Part shown: positions 46,988 to 58,014 of the stretch, one piece after another
How the letters are laid out: each line of letters begins with the position of its first letter
Position numbering within the stretch: the first letter of the stretch is position 1
Origin: Epithemia pelagica
Lineage: Eukaryota > Protista > Bacillariophyta
DNA: 64,000 bases
NCBI GenBank assembly: GCA_946965045.2
Contig: OX337241.1
Span: 2,852,001-2,916,000 of the forward strand
Direction: 5' to 3'
Translations under genes and position numbers: made by a program
Notes under the pieces: generated by a model
What the model saw: the letters and a program-made list of their open reading frames with translations, nothing else
The model's database searches: none
What the model was told of the DNA's origin: nothing

Positions 46988-47947
46988 TCACTTTGGCCCT
47001 AGAGCATGGTTGGATACAAGAAAGTCACATACTTTTCTGGCAATTTCCGCAGGCTTCTCCATCATGATCAAATGGCTTGCCTTCTCCATCGGAACAAATT
47101 CAGTTGTGGTTGGGGCTAACTGGTTCACCAAATGTTGTCCCCATTCAATCTGTAAAACCCCATCATTGACACCGTGGAAATGAATCACAGGCTTGTTGTT
47201 GATCGCTTGAATGAGCTCGTCGGACGTTGCCCATTTTGTTTGTCTGTAAAAGGCTTTGACCATGAACATCGCATTGCTGTCATTGGACTTTAAACATTGA
47301 TCATGAAGTTCTGGGTTGCTGGGATCAATAGCTCTTGACAAAAATTCTTTTGTCAATGTACTTTGTAACATCTCCAGCATCCATACTGGCAATCGAAAGA
47401 CAGGATGACCCCCATCGGGCACAGGATGCGAAGAGTTGACACGTACGGCGGCTCCCAAGAAGATGAATCCCTTCACCTTATCCATAACAATCTTGTTGTG
47501 ATCTGAGTTCAGCAAGTGGACAAGAATATTGGGTCCATATGAATGTGAAACGAAGTGAATAGGTAGGGAAGCGTCAGAGAATGTTTCCAGTATAGATCCA
47601 AGATCTCTCTGCAGCTCCTGTCCACTGTAGGCATCCCAGTCTTCAATCATGGGTGACTGGCCACATCCCACCATATCGAATAAGATACATTTTATTCGCA
47701 ACTTTGTTGGTCCATAGAGAAGAAGATAATCCAACGCACGAAGTAGTGAATGAAATTGAGCTTCGGTGGCGCAACTGCCATGAATACACACGAGTTGGAG
47801 ATCCTTCGGCACTGCATCGTTGTTCTCATCGTTCGCCTGTATGCCAAGGGTCCATTCGCGAACAAAGAGTTTGCGTCCTGGACGGACTTCCCTCAATTCG
47901 GCAAATATTTCTTTCATGGTCTCGCGATCTTTGTTTGTTGAGATCAT
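46988..47947 (-). CDS. alpha/beta-fold hydrolase (ABHD-like)
   Basis: 319-aa intact ORF with CIHGSC (oxyanion), FDMVGCGQS, nucleophile elbow VSHSYG, acid HGVND and His ASHLIMME. Confidence 0.9.
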   Translation of the reverse strand: MISTNKDRETMKEIFAELREVRPGRKLFVREWTLGIQANDENNDAVPKDLQLVCIHGSCATEAQFHSLLRALDYLLLYGPTKLRIKCILFDMVGCGQSPMIEDWDAYSGQELQRDLGSILETFSDASLPIHFVSHSYGPNILVHLLNSDHNKIVMDKVKGFIFLGAAVRVNSSHPVPDGGHPVFRLPVWMLEMLQSTLTKEFLSRAIDPSNPELHDQCLKSNDSNAMFMVKAFYRQTKWATSDELIQAINNKPVIHFHGVNDGVLQIEWGQHLVNQLAPTTTEFVPMEKASHLIMMEKPAEIARKVCDFLVSNHALGPK

Positions 47948-48070
47948 TTGTGGAAAGGAGAATAAACCTAAGCTGGTTCATTCCGCGAGTGTTCTTTCTA
48001 ATTATCATGATGATCTACTCCGTGCGCTAAGTATTTCATACGTGGTTTCATTACCTACTCCTACCTACCG

Positions 48071-48491
48071 TATTTTCCGGATTCCTGGACCCCAGGAATG
48101 TACATGATTGAGGGCGGGAGGGTCCAGGACTCCGGCAATTTTGGATAAATTTTTTTAAGATTCCATTCACACGGTACAATTAACTTAATAGTAAAGTTCA
48201 TGTTCAACATCGGGGTTGTAGAGAAGGGTTGGTCGCTCTAATCCAGTTAGGGGAAAGACCGACGTAGCCTTAACCCTAATAACAATACCCATCATGCTGT
48301 ATCTCTTGTTTCTCCTCTTCGATTCACTCGCATCTAATGTCAGGCAGTGCGATGGAAAGCTTGGAACGTGAGGAATGTGGGGGTAACCCTAAAACCTGGA
48401 AAGAGCCTACAGATATAAAGTTAGGGGGTCATGTACGCTTAAAGGGGGTGGGGGGTCCAGGACTATAGGGGAACCAGGAATCCGGAAAATA
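48071..48491. mobile_element. putative MITE (~420 bp)
   Basis: 18-bp perfect inverted repeat TATTTTCCGGATTCCTGG (48071-48088 / 48474-48491; the outer TA may be a TSD), with internal repeats of GGTCCAGGA. Confidence 0.6.
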
Positions 48492-49003
48492 ATAGATCGT
48501 GCGATAAAAAAAGGCAGGAGGGAGTGGTCGGTTGTCGGAGTCGGAGGCCGTGTTTTGTCTACACCTTGTATTCCCTTTTGGGTAGGTAGCTGCCCAATTA
48601 GTATGGGGCTCGGTCTCGATGGCTCCGGGGATGTTCATTCGAAAACAATTACCGAGACGTCAATGTCAATCCTCTTGAGCACAAAGAACACCCACAGAGA
48701 AAACAAGACTTTGCTCACTTTTCGTTCAAATCTATCAGGCTGACTGTCTCAGTCTTCCTGTCCATGTTCCATTTCCGGATTCTTCAAACGGCGACGTCTT
48801 CTCGCGGGAGACGTTGGAGGATCTCATGGAGTTGCTGCTCTCCTAGGAAAACCCACAGTGGGCCTATCGAAATCTTGGTCTTTTGTTTTACTTGTTCAGT
48901 TTGGGAGATTGAGCAAGAGATAAGCGATGATATCCTCGTTGCTGTGTTTCATCCACGGTTGGCCATTCACGCCATGAGTAATGAACAAGAGCATTGGGCA
49001 TGA

Positions 49004-50195
49004 ATGACCCTGAAAGAACAAGCCTTTCGATCCGGCCTTGTCCTGGCCGACCGTGATGCACAATGGAACTCCCAAGACTGGCCTCCATTCTCGTTGGGGC
49101 GTCCGTGTCACGCATGGGTTGTGATGGACCGTCCCGCCGGAACGACGAAACGACGAGGTACACCGAGTGCTGTGGCCGTGTTGGGAGGACGACACAAGAA
49201 AATTGTGGAACCTGTACCAATTCTGTACTCGGGTGGTTGGATTGGGAGGACGAGACGAATCGTCGCCGCATGCAGTGGAGAAACGGACCACCCATGAACC
49301 AACCGGACTCGCCAGTATCATGCCGCCGTATAGTGTGCCACGGACAAGTGTACGTTCGCGGAGGATACAGGGACCGCTCACGCTTGGACTGCAGCGAACG
49401 CATTGCTGTACAACACTTGTTGTTGTTGTTGCTGCAAAACAAAGAACAAGAACAAGACGTGTCATGCGCAACAAGCGCTCCGGAGACCAACCCATGGAGC
49501 AGGTTGAAGTGTCGATTGTCCTCAAAACGGAGTGGCTGTTGCGCCGTTGCGGTTCATGATCGGTTTATTGTCGTCATGGGGGGAGACAAGAACAAGAAAG
49601 AGCACTTGTCGTCCTCGATCAATGGATATCATGGATACAGCTGTGCACATTGTGATTGTGGGACCAGCCATGACTGTTGCTCGGTATGGTGCCACCAGTG
49701 CAGTCTTTGGGCGTTGCAGTTTTGTGGTGGGAGGGCGCCACCAAACCGTGGAACACACGAGTCGGTGGAGTGTTTCGAGTTTGGTACTGTTTGGGACCAT
49801 CCGACCATAAATGATGATGACACTAGTGCCGCACGGCAAGTGTTTCCACCATCGCCTTGTGTGGTGCTTGGTCCGTTCCGGAGAGTCTGGAGCGTTCCGT
49901 CCATTTCGTGGTCGGTGGTAGCCGTGGGATTCTGTTGGATTGTTGCCGTAGGAGGAATGGACATGTTCGAGGTGCACGCCGTTTGGATACAGTGCAGGGC
50001 CTTTTTCGGGAAGCTCCCGGAATTCATCACATGGCCCCGCACTGTTTGTACTTTGTACCCTGGTTGTGGTTGGTTCACTCCAAGGGAATCCTTGCCGTGA
50101 TGGGTGGACCAGACCAACAGGGCGGCGATTCGTTCTGTGAGACACTATCCGTCATGGACAAGAGCACACACGTGGTGTTTTCGGAACCTCGTTGA
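49004..50195 (+). pseudogene. Kelch-repeat protein, frameshifted
   Basis: Kelch blades spread over three frames: AVAVLGG, WRNGPPMN..QVYVRGG, WSRLKCRLSSKRSGCCAVAVHDRFIVVMGG, VGPAMTVARYGATSAV..FVVGG, ILAVMGG. Confidence 0.75.
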
Positions 50196-50899
50196 GCAGC
50201 CGCAAGAGGTGCCATGGGAATGGTTGCATGCCGGAGCGGCCCGGAAGAAACGTGGTTGTACTATATTCAAACTTCCAAAGATTGACCGATAGCAGCATCA
50301 GGATGAGCTCAAGAACACAACCAAGTCGAACGATGGATCTCATATCTACGAGCATATAATAGTGATTGATCCTCTTGGTGTGTATGGAGTGGTTGTAGAG
50401 TTCCTTGGCGTCGAATCTACCCTCTTTTTCGAACTCCATTGCTACATTTACTTGCTAGAGAGCTAGAGAAGACGAAAATTCTATGGATCTCATCATGGCG
50501 CAACGATAGAGATATATTACAAATTACAACAATGGCAGCTCTCACAGTCATCATCACCTTCTACAGACAATAGTTTTTAATTTTTAATGCATGTGGTTTT
50601 GTTGGTTTGGAGCAAACGGCATGACACTTTGCTGTCAAGCAAGAATAGTATTTCCTTGTCCATGACAGGCACAACAGATGGATCTTTTGATGGTCTCTGT
50701 CAACAAGCTACAGCAGCTACTACGAGAGACTATCGATTGTCCTATACAAACATGGTGATTGGTGACTTGCGTGTCCTGAGAATTGACAGGCCGTTGTCAA
50801 GAGCCAAGTACTACTTCATCATCATCATCATCATCTGTTGGCCATCATGGCCATGGTGACTGCGAAGGAACAGCCGTTCGCAAGGGTTCTCCATCAACT

Positions 50900-51600
50900 A
50901 AAAGTTACGAGTAGTAGCAATATCCATAGACGCATACTCCTTGTCCTATATTCCAGGTTCAGTCTTCTGTGCCCAACAACCAACAACAACATGTACTCGT
51001 AAAGAAGAGTCGTGTCTTGTTGGTTCGACAGATTCCAGATTTCCTTTCGCGTTTGTGACAAGGATGAAGCATGATGATGAACCGGAATGGGAAGGACTCC
51101 ATCCAGAATCTCGACCAACAGCCGGTCGAAAGGTCTGGTTCGCATCCCATACTCCTCAACTGTACCATTACGCTCGTTTGACTCTTTGAATTCTATGGAG
51201 TAGCGCAGTCTTCAAGCGCTCGGAAAGTGATGGATGCGAACCAGTCGATGGAACCGTGTCCACAATCCGAAGTCGAAAGTGTCTCCCTGTTCCCTGTCAC
51301 GTACGTACCCGCATTCGCTGTCGGACCAACAGATGGATGTGCAAGTCTGTTGTTCTTTGTTGAAACGCGGTTCCCGACGATCCAAGAATTCGGTCCGTGA
51401 GAATTTGGAACCATTTCCCAAGTTCGGTACGGAGTCGGACGGTGCGTCCAGTACCGGTACGACATGTCGCATTCGATTCGGCCATCTGGGTGGAACGAGC
51501 AGCCCAGATGGTGAGACGTGTCTTTTTGGTGTCGAGGGATTCCGCCCTCCGCACAGAATTGCTCCAAGACCATGCACAAAAAAGTTCTGGTTCGCAAACA
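50900..51600 (-). pseudogene. degenerate gene fragment, weakly CRAL-TRIO-like
   Basis: ORFs 51193..51597 (..RYWTHR..) and 50959..51168 (..FPFRFIIMLH..) loosely resemble diatom CRAL-TRIO-like proteins; resemblance is weak. Confidence 0.25.
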
Positions 51601-52172
51601 TCAAACCTTCATGAGAACAAGACCATCAACCCTCTGGGTGCAACAAGCGTGAAACAACCAAACAATCGAGAGAATTCATCCATCAAACTCGAAAGATACC
51701 TTTGCACTGACTGTCTCTCTCTATTGTTTGATCCAAAAAGAGCCAGCACACACTCCATCACCTTTCTCTGCACCAACGAAAGAGAGACACACACCCCCTT
51801 CTCATTTTGTCGCTTGACGCGCAGTCATCAATCCAATCTCGCGGTACGTTCCCTCTTGGTCGATGGCTGTCCGTCCCCCCGACAGAATTAATAATAATAA
51901 TTGAACCAAGATCCAGAAACCTGGATCGTCAGTTTTCATCACTGCCTGTCGAGACGATGAGGAACAGAAAGAATGTCAGATGACTGGCAGATCAAACAAT
52001 CATCTGCTTGCTGATTTCTGATTTGCTTGTCTTTGATGAAAGAAGCACTTTTTTCACTCACCTCATCTTCTTCTTATTGTTATTGTTGCTGGTTGTTGTT
52101 GTTGTTGGTTGTTGTCGTTTCCTTCCTTGCTGTCTCTCTCTTTTCAGAGTGTATCATCATCATCGTATCATC

Positions 52173-53324
52173 ATGACTCTTTCGTCGACGGCTACCACAA
52201 CGACAAGTACCACCATGACGGTGCCCTGGCATTATCATTATTCGCCTCATCACTTTCATCCCCACACACAACGCCGTCCTGCGAGTAGTAGCAGCAGCAG
52301 TGCTGCTGGCCGCAAACCCCTGCATCATCATTCCCACCGCCATCATGAACAAGGCAAACTGCATGCCTTGCATCATGTGCATGCTCCGTCGCACCATCAT
52401 CATGGATCCTCGTCGGCTCTGCTCAGCGCGTCTGGTTCTTCCGCATCCTCCTCCTCTTCCTCCTCGTCGGGTTCCTTTTTGGCAAATTGTGCCCAAGGCA
52501 ATTTGGCCACGAAATTGCGCAAATTGCGGCGACGTCAATTGTTGCAAGCCGTTGGCATGGTGGAAGAAGAAGAAGAAGAGGAAAAGACACCCGAAGGAGA
52601 AGACGAAGCGGCCGCCGTCTTCACCACCACGACAACCCGGACTCGATTCCCTGTGCCACAACCACCCTTGCAACCCGCACTCACGTCCCATTCCTCCTCG
52701 TGTTCGTCCCTGGTAACCTTTGCTTCGTCGACTGGACCAGCAGGAATAGACCAAGAGGAACGAGAAGAACCGCTACGGGAGGAAACTCGCCGCCGTCCCT
52801 TGCACAAAATGACTCGTCACCAACCAGAACCATCCACCACCACGACATCAACTAGTGCACAAACAGAGGAGAAGGAACACCCGAACCATTCTTCCATCAT
52901 GGAGGACAATGATTCCAAACAACCAGCTGCCTCTACGGAATCTTGTGCTGCTGCCACGACTACGACAATTCCCAACCAATCCTCCACCTATTCCAATTGG
53001 TATTTGCTCACACAAGCCTTGATTTTGTTGGTGCAAGTCCTGGTATTACTCTTGAAACAGCAACAAGGAGGAGGAGGAGAAGCACATGCGGTATCTGTGG
53101 CAGCCGGAGCCGCATCCGTCACGGCCAATCCTGCCGTGGTGGATCGTTGGTGTCCTGATTCGTCCACAACGACAACGACTCCTACTACGACAACTACTGC
53201 AACAACGACTACCAATGGTTCCTTGTTTTTGGAGGATACGTGGGTGCAGCCCTTGTTGGATTCCACTACTACGACTACGACAACAACTGCGACAAGAGCA
53301 CAAGATTCCACGCGAGAACAATAA
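52173..53324 (+). CDS. uncharacterised RRQxLxAVG-family membrane-anchored protein (paralogue 2), His-rich N-terminus
   Basis: ATG at 52173. Contains LATKLRKLRRRQLLQAVGM and WYLLTQALILLVQVLVLLL, plus His tracts (HHHSHRHH, HALHHVHAPSHHHH). Confidence 0.82.
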   Translation: MTLSSTATTTTSTTMTVPWHYHYSPHHFHPHTQRRPASSSSSSAAGRKPLHHHSHRHHEQGKLHALHHVHAPSHHHHGSSSALLSASGSSASSSSSSSSGSFLANCAQGNLATKLRKLRRRQLLQAVGMVEEEEEEEKTPEGEDEAAAVFTTTTTRTRFPVPQPPLQPALTSHSSSCSSLVTFASSTGPAGIDQEEREEPLREETRRRPLHKMTRHQPEPSTTTTSTSAQTEEKEHPNHSSIMEDNDSKQPAASTESCAAATTTTIPNQSSTYSNWYLLTQALILLVQVLVLLLKQQQGGGGEAHAVSVAAGAASVTANPAVVDRWCPDSSTTTTTPTTTTTATTTTNGSLFLEDTWVQPLLDSTTTTTTTTATRAQDSTREQ

Positions 53325-54431
53325 TCAAGAACGGTCCGAATCTGTCGTTTCCTTGCTTGCTTTCTTCTACGAGTGTAGGCACAAACCAAACAGTCATTCC
53401 ATTTTTGTACAAACGAACGAATGGATGGAACTCTTTTTCTTTTATACTATTTGTATACAGTATAATATATATAAACTATAGAGAAGAAATAACACACGAG
53501 TAGAGAACCAAACGATACACAGACTCTTGTCTCCTGTTCCTTTCCATTTCGTTTGGCAACTACCTACCGAAAGGAGTCGTTGCAATGGGGCCTCTCTCTC
53601 TCTCTTTACTTGTACTAGAACTACATCAACACAGAGAGCCATTGTTCCAAGAAAACGAAAAACAAAAGAAACAATGGATGCACAGCTGTTGGTCCAAGAC
53701 CCAGACATGTTCGAATTCGGGTAGAGTCCCTTCCGGAACCCCATTCGTGTCGACAGGGTCTGTTCGGGAGGAGGAATCTCTCCTCTCTCATCTCGTTTCA
53801 TTAGCCAGAACACAGACACATCATACTCACACTAGTTCCTAATTCTGGATTCGGGCCGAGGGTATCTTTTTGGTGTCGCCCCCAACAACAACAAAGACAT
53901 TGGCGTGACAAGAAGTGACACCAGATGATCCCCAGCAGCTGCTTGCCATCTCTTGCTTGACTTTGTGCGACCCCTCCGTAGTATGATTTCTATAGAATTC
54001 CACGTGCCCGCATGGGATTCCACCGCCCCTCCTTCCACGCGCCAAACTACAAATGGGGGAGAGGGCGGGAAACCGCAAGCGCGCACGTATGTATGCGGTC
54101 GAGGACCCCAAATAAATCGCCCCTACACCAATGCACCCCTTGGTTGGTCCGTGTCCAACAATGCGACTGGCGTTATTCCCCAAACCGTCTCCTTCCATTA
54201 TTGTACGACTACGCGGCATCTGGTGGTGTCGTTCGCCATGTCAAGAGTTGAAGTCGTCCGTCGTCCAAGACACCGGCGCCAAGAGAGGAATCAAAACGAG
54301 ATGCGCAACACACTTACTCTTTGGTTTGATATCACAACAATCCAACCGTGTGGAACCACAAAGGAATAACAGGACAATCCCCCCAGTTCTTGGCATTGCG
54401 TTCACTCCTTTCGGAACCGAATGATACCAGA

Positions 54432-56105
54432 ATGGCTTGTGCCAGCGTTCCACAATCGTCTTCTTCTTCTTTTTCCTCCTGCACCGCCATCACCACTGCC
54501 ATTTCTTTGGAAACCAACAAGAAGGATTCCTCCGTAGTCTCATGTTGTCCAGCCGCAGCATCCAAACCCTCCGTTTCGGTTCCAACAAGTGCTTCCACCA
54601 ACCGTTCTTTTTCAGTCTCCACCTCATCCTCTTGTTCCGCAGCGGCTCGTGAATTGCGACGATGGAAACGACGCCAATTCTTGACGGCCGTGGGTTTGGA
54701 TCCAGTAGTGGCTTCCTCCTCCTCAAAACAACAGGAACAACCCGAGAAATGCTTGTCATTCACTCAGCCAGAAGAAGAAGAAGAAGAAGCACAAGACGAC
54801 GACGACGACGAAGGCACCACTGCCACCAACGACAACAACCACGTTCGATGGTTCCAACAACTGCCACCACAACGAAAACCGCACCCGCAAGAAGAACTCT
54901 GTGCCAGTGTGACACGGTCCTCCGCGTGCAACCATGCACCGCAGAGTAGTAGTACTTGTTCCGAACCGTTGCAGCTCCAGGAGCCACCGTCTCCTTCCAA
55001 CCACAACCACAACAAGTCTCACTATTATTATTGGGAGGACACCAAGAAGGATGGGTCCTCCGCTCCCTCCAACTCTTGTAGAAGTGGTGGTGTGGTCGAG
55101 TCCTCTTGTCCAGTTTCTATTTGGACCAGTCACCACCACCAACGACAACGACGAGAACGACACCAACGACGTCGGTCCACTCGTTCGTGGACGCGCTTGT
55201 TTTGGAATGTCGTGTCGCACCATCGCGCACAAGGGTGGCCGCCCGAGTGGCAGGACGACGACGACCACACCTTGGTGGTGGACGACACCATGAGTTCGAC
55301 GACGACCACGACCACCACCCTGCGTTCCTCTTTTGCTGGTTGGGACCACAGTGCCTATGATCGACAAGCGCTGTTGTACCGCTTGAGTGGTCATCACGTC
55401 TCGACGGCAAAACTGCCCCATCATCATCATCATGATTCTCCAGAGTACGACGACAATGACACGCACATTCCCAGTTTGGCACGGACCGTGGCCAGTGGCG
55501 AAACCAGCACGGTGCGGACCAAGGACAGTTCTTTTTCGTATGGTGGGAGCCACTCCTCCTCCTGCACTTGCACCACCACCGCCACAGAAATGACCCCGAA
55601 ACGACACACACGAACCACCACGGCCTCCTCCTTATTTGCGGATGCTGCTCGTCCATTATTACCACGACAGCGACATCCGGAAAGGTCGCTGCATCATCAT
55701 CACCACCACCACCAGTTCCCAACGAATACCCCTTTGCCAGAACAAACCACCAAGACCAAGCCGTTCCAGAACAACAAGAACGACTGCCGTGAAATTCACT
55801 ATTCTTCCAAGATTCCCGAACCGTCCTGGTGGTTGCCCTGGATGCAATTGACGGTCCTTTTCTTGGTGTTTGGGGCCAGTGTGAGCAGTAGCAGGAATGC
55901 GAATGGCAATCTTGGTCCTGGGATTGCGCCTACAAGTACAGCTACCGGCCACTCGACGAACCACCGTCTCCTGGCAACCACAGTGGCACAGCCAATGGTT
56001 CACAGTCGTCTACCACCAACCAAATCCTCCTCCTCCTTCTCACCAGCAGCCGCAGCAGTCCACGTGTCTGTCGGACACGTTCTCCACGAACCCACAAACC
56101 CCTAG
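54432..56105 (+). CDS. uncharacterised RRQxLxAVG-family membrane-anchored protein (paralogue 3)
   Basis: ATG at 54432. Contains ARELRRWKRRQFLTAVGL, His tracts and the hydrophobic helix WWLPWMQLTVLFLVFGASV. Confidence 0.78.
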   Translation: MACASVPQSSSSSFSSCTAITTAISLETNKKDSSVVSCCPAAASKPSVSVPTSASTNRSFSVSTSSSCSAAARELRRWKRRQFLTAVGLDPVVASSSSKQQEQPEKCLSFTQPEEEEEEAQDDDDDEGTTATNDNNHVRWFQQLPPQRKPHPQEELCASVTRSSACNHAPQSSSTCSEPLQLQEPPSPSNHNHNKSHYYYWEDTKKDGSSAPSNSCRSGGVVESSCPVSIWTSHHHQRQRRERHQRRRSTRSWTRLFWNVVSHHRAQGWPPEWQDDDDHTLVVDDTMSSTTTTTTTLRSSFAGWDHSAYDRQALLYRLSGHHVSTAKLPHHHHHDSPEYDDNDTHIPSLARTVASGETSTVRTKDSSFSYGGSHSSSCTCTTTATEMTPKRHTRTTTASSLFADAARPLLPRQRHPERSLHHHHHHHQFPTNTPLPEQTTKTKPFQNNKNDCREIHYSSKIPEPSWWLPWMQLTVLFLVFGASVSSSRNANGNLGPGIAPTSTATGHSTNHRLLATTVAQPMVHSRLPPTKSSSSFSPAAAAVHVSVGHVLHEPTNP

Positions 56106-56418
56106 AAATTAGAGAAACCAAAAGAATACCTACTAGAGAGAGAAACACTTTATAGAATTCCACCATGTACTACCTAGCTAGGGATCCACTCTACCGTTAT
56201 CATCCCAAGTGTGTGTGAAGTGTGAAGAGGAGTCCCAAGAAATGGAGGACCTGCCGTGGTTGGTGATAAGGAAACCAACGTTTCGACGACGCTTTCCAAA
56301 GACAGGTGGAGAGAAGTGTTCATGAACAATGCATTCCAATGAAATATAGAATGTTTATTTGTTGAAATGGAAACTACCGGAGGTAGATACAACAAGAACG
56401 AAGGAGAATGGAGATGGA

Positions 56419-56526
56419 GCATCCTCGACATGTCTACAATCGAAACAAGTGATCCGCGGAGATGGGAGATGGCATCCTCGACATGTCTACCTACAATCGA
56501 AACAAGTGATCCGGAGATGGGAGATC
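56419..56526. repeat. 53-55 bp tandem duplication (2 copies)
   Basis: gcatcctcgacatgtcta(ccta)caatcgaaacaagtgatcc(gc)ggagatgggagat starts at 56419 and 56472. Confidence 0.88.
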
Positions 56527-57105
56527 TGGGAGATGCAACTGTATCACGAGACTTCATTTTGTGATGGCACACCAATCGTTTTGAGTCGAAGGTGCGAGCG
56601 AGCATGATCGGATAGATTCACTCTAAATAATGCTATTGGTGACTTATGCGCGCGGCATTTTTGATCCGTTGGGGAAATTTAACACAGTTTTATACTGTAC
56701 ATGTTTGAAGGGTGTACTCTACAGCACTGATTGAAATTGGGGATACTCCGTACGCCGGATCGGAAGGAGCACGTGCATTATTTAAGACTCTGGATTGGCG
56801 ACCTTTCCGGCGCGCGTTTTTCGGAAGTCGTCGCCGGATGCGCATCGCCAGAAGTGTGAGACTCATGTCGCGGTTTGTCGACCGAAGCAACAACAAGGCA
56901 GTCCATCCAACACACGGCCACCAACACAACGAAAGCAAGCAAGCGACGACAACAAGGGACGGAGAAACAAAAAGAGCGATTCCTGATTGGATTGTGCTGC
57001 AGCATCTGGTTCACAACAAACAACTGACGAGAGCGAACCACACGAGAGCTTCCAAAGCAACAACCACAACAACTCTCCTCGTAGATCGATCCTTCAATCA
57101 TCACA

Positions 57106-58014
57106 ATGGGCAAATCTGGTGGCGGTGACGATTCAGCTTCGCACGACGAAGAGCACGGCAGTCGCGATCAGGACTCGGCTGAAAATGGTGGCGAGTACCA
57201 TCATCATGGCAACATGATGGACGATGACGACAACACGGGGCGACAACAAAATCACTTGAACTCGCTCTTTAACGGCCACTTGATGAAATGGAAGTACGAA
57301 GCCGAAGAAGGATCGAGCTTTTTGCGAGTGCCAGCCTTTTTGGGGGCCCTGGCACTCGTGACGGCCACTGTCATTACCTTGGTCATGGAACCCGACTCCT
57401 GGACGACGCATTCGATTGTCATGTCCGTGTGCATCCTCATTCTCAGTTTGTTTGTCTTGATTTTGGATTCACGATTCTTGGCTTCCAATCCTCTCAATGC
57501 GCGAGCTCATTTGCGCAATATCATGACGCGCAACTTTAACATTTTTCGCTTCTTGTGGGGCCGTGGCTTGCTCTACGTCATGGCGGGTATTTTGTGTGTC
57601 GCGCAAATGTGGCCCATTTGCATTTATGCCGGTGCCTACATGATTTTGGTCGGTGTTGTGGCCATTATTGTGGGTGTCCATGCCAGTCGCAAATTTGCCG
57701 CCCTGCGCAATTCCCTGGCGGACGAATCCTTTTTGTTGCTCGTCTTTTCCAATTACGATACCGATGGCGATGGCTGCATCAACCCATCTGAATTTGCCGT
57801 CCTCTTGTCCGATTTGGGTATGGAATTGGATGACCGATACACACTCAAGGCCTTTCATGTGATTGATACCGACGATGATCGACGTATTTCCTTTGAAGAA
57901 TTTAGTCATTGGTGGAGTTCGGGATACATTGAACGAGGACGAGTTCGTCAATCGCACATGAAACAACGAGGCAAGACCAAGGACGATACCGACGATTCCT
58001 ATCGTCGAATGTAA
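57106..58014 (+). CDS. TVP15/COPI-associated-like four-TM protein with a C-terminal EF-hand pair
   Basis: Four hydrophobic helices including FRFLWGRGLLYVMAG, then EF loops DTDGDGCINPSE and DTDDDRRISFEE. Confidence 0.8.
   Translation: MGKSGGGDDSASHDEEHGSRDQDSAENGGEYHHHGNMMDDDDNTGRQQNHLNSLFNGHLMKWKYEAEEGSSFLRVPAFLGALALVTATVITLVMEPDSWTTHSIVMSVCILILSLFVLILDSRFLASNPLNARAHLRNIMTRNFNIFRFLWGRGLLYVMAGILCVAQMWPICIYAGAYMILVGVVAIIVGVHASRKFAALRNSLADESFLLLVFSNYDTDGDGCINPSEFAVLLSDLGMELDDRYTLKAFHVIDTDDDRRISFEEFSHWWSSGYIERGRVRQSHMKQRGKTKDDTDDSYRRM

Noticed and set aside
52008-52172. Hydrophobic N-terminal extension of the 438-aa ORF
   Set aside because: TTG start and a GTT/CTT-rich 5' UTR-like tract; the first ATG is at 52173.
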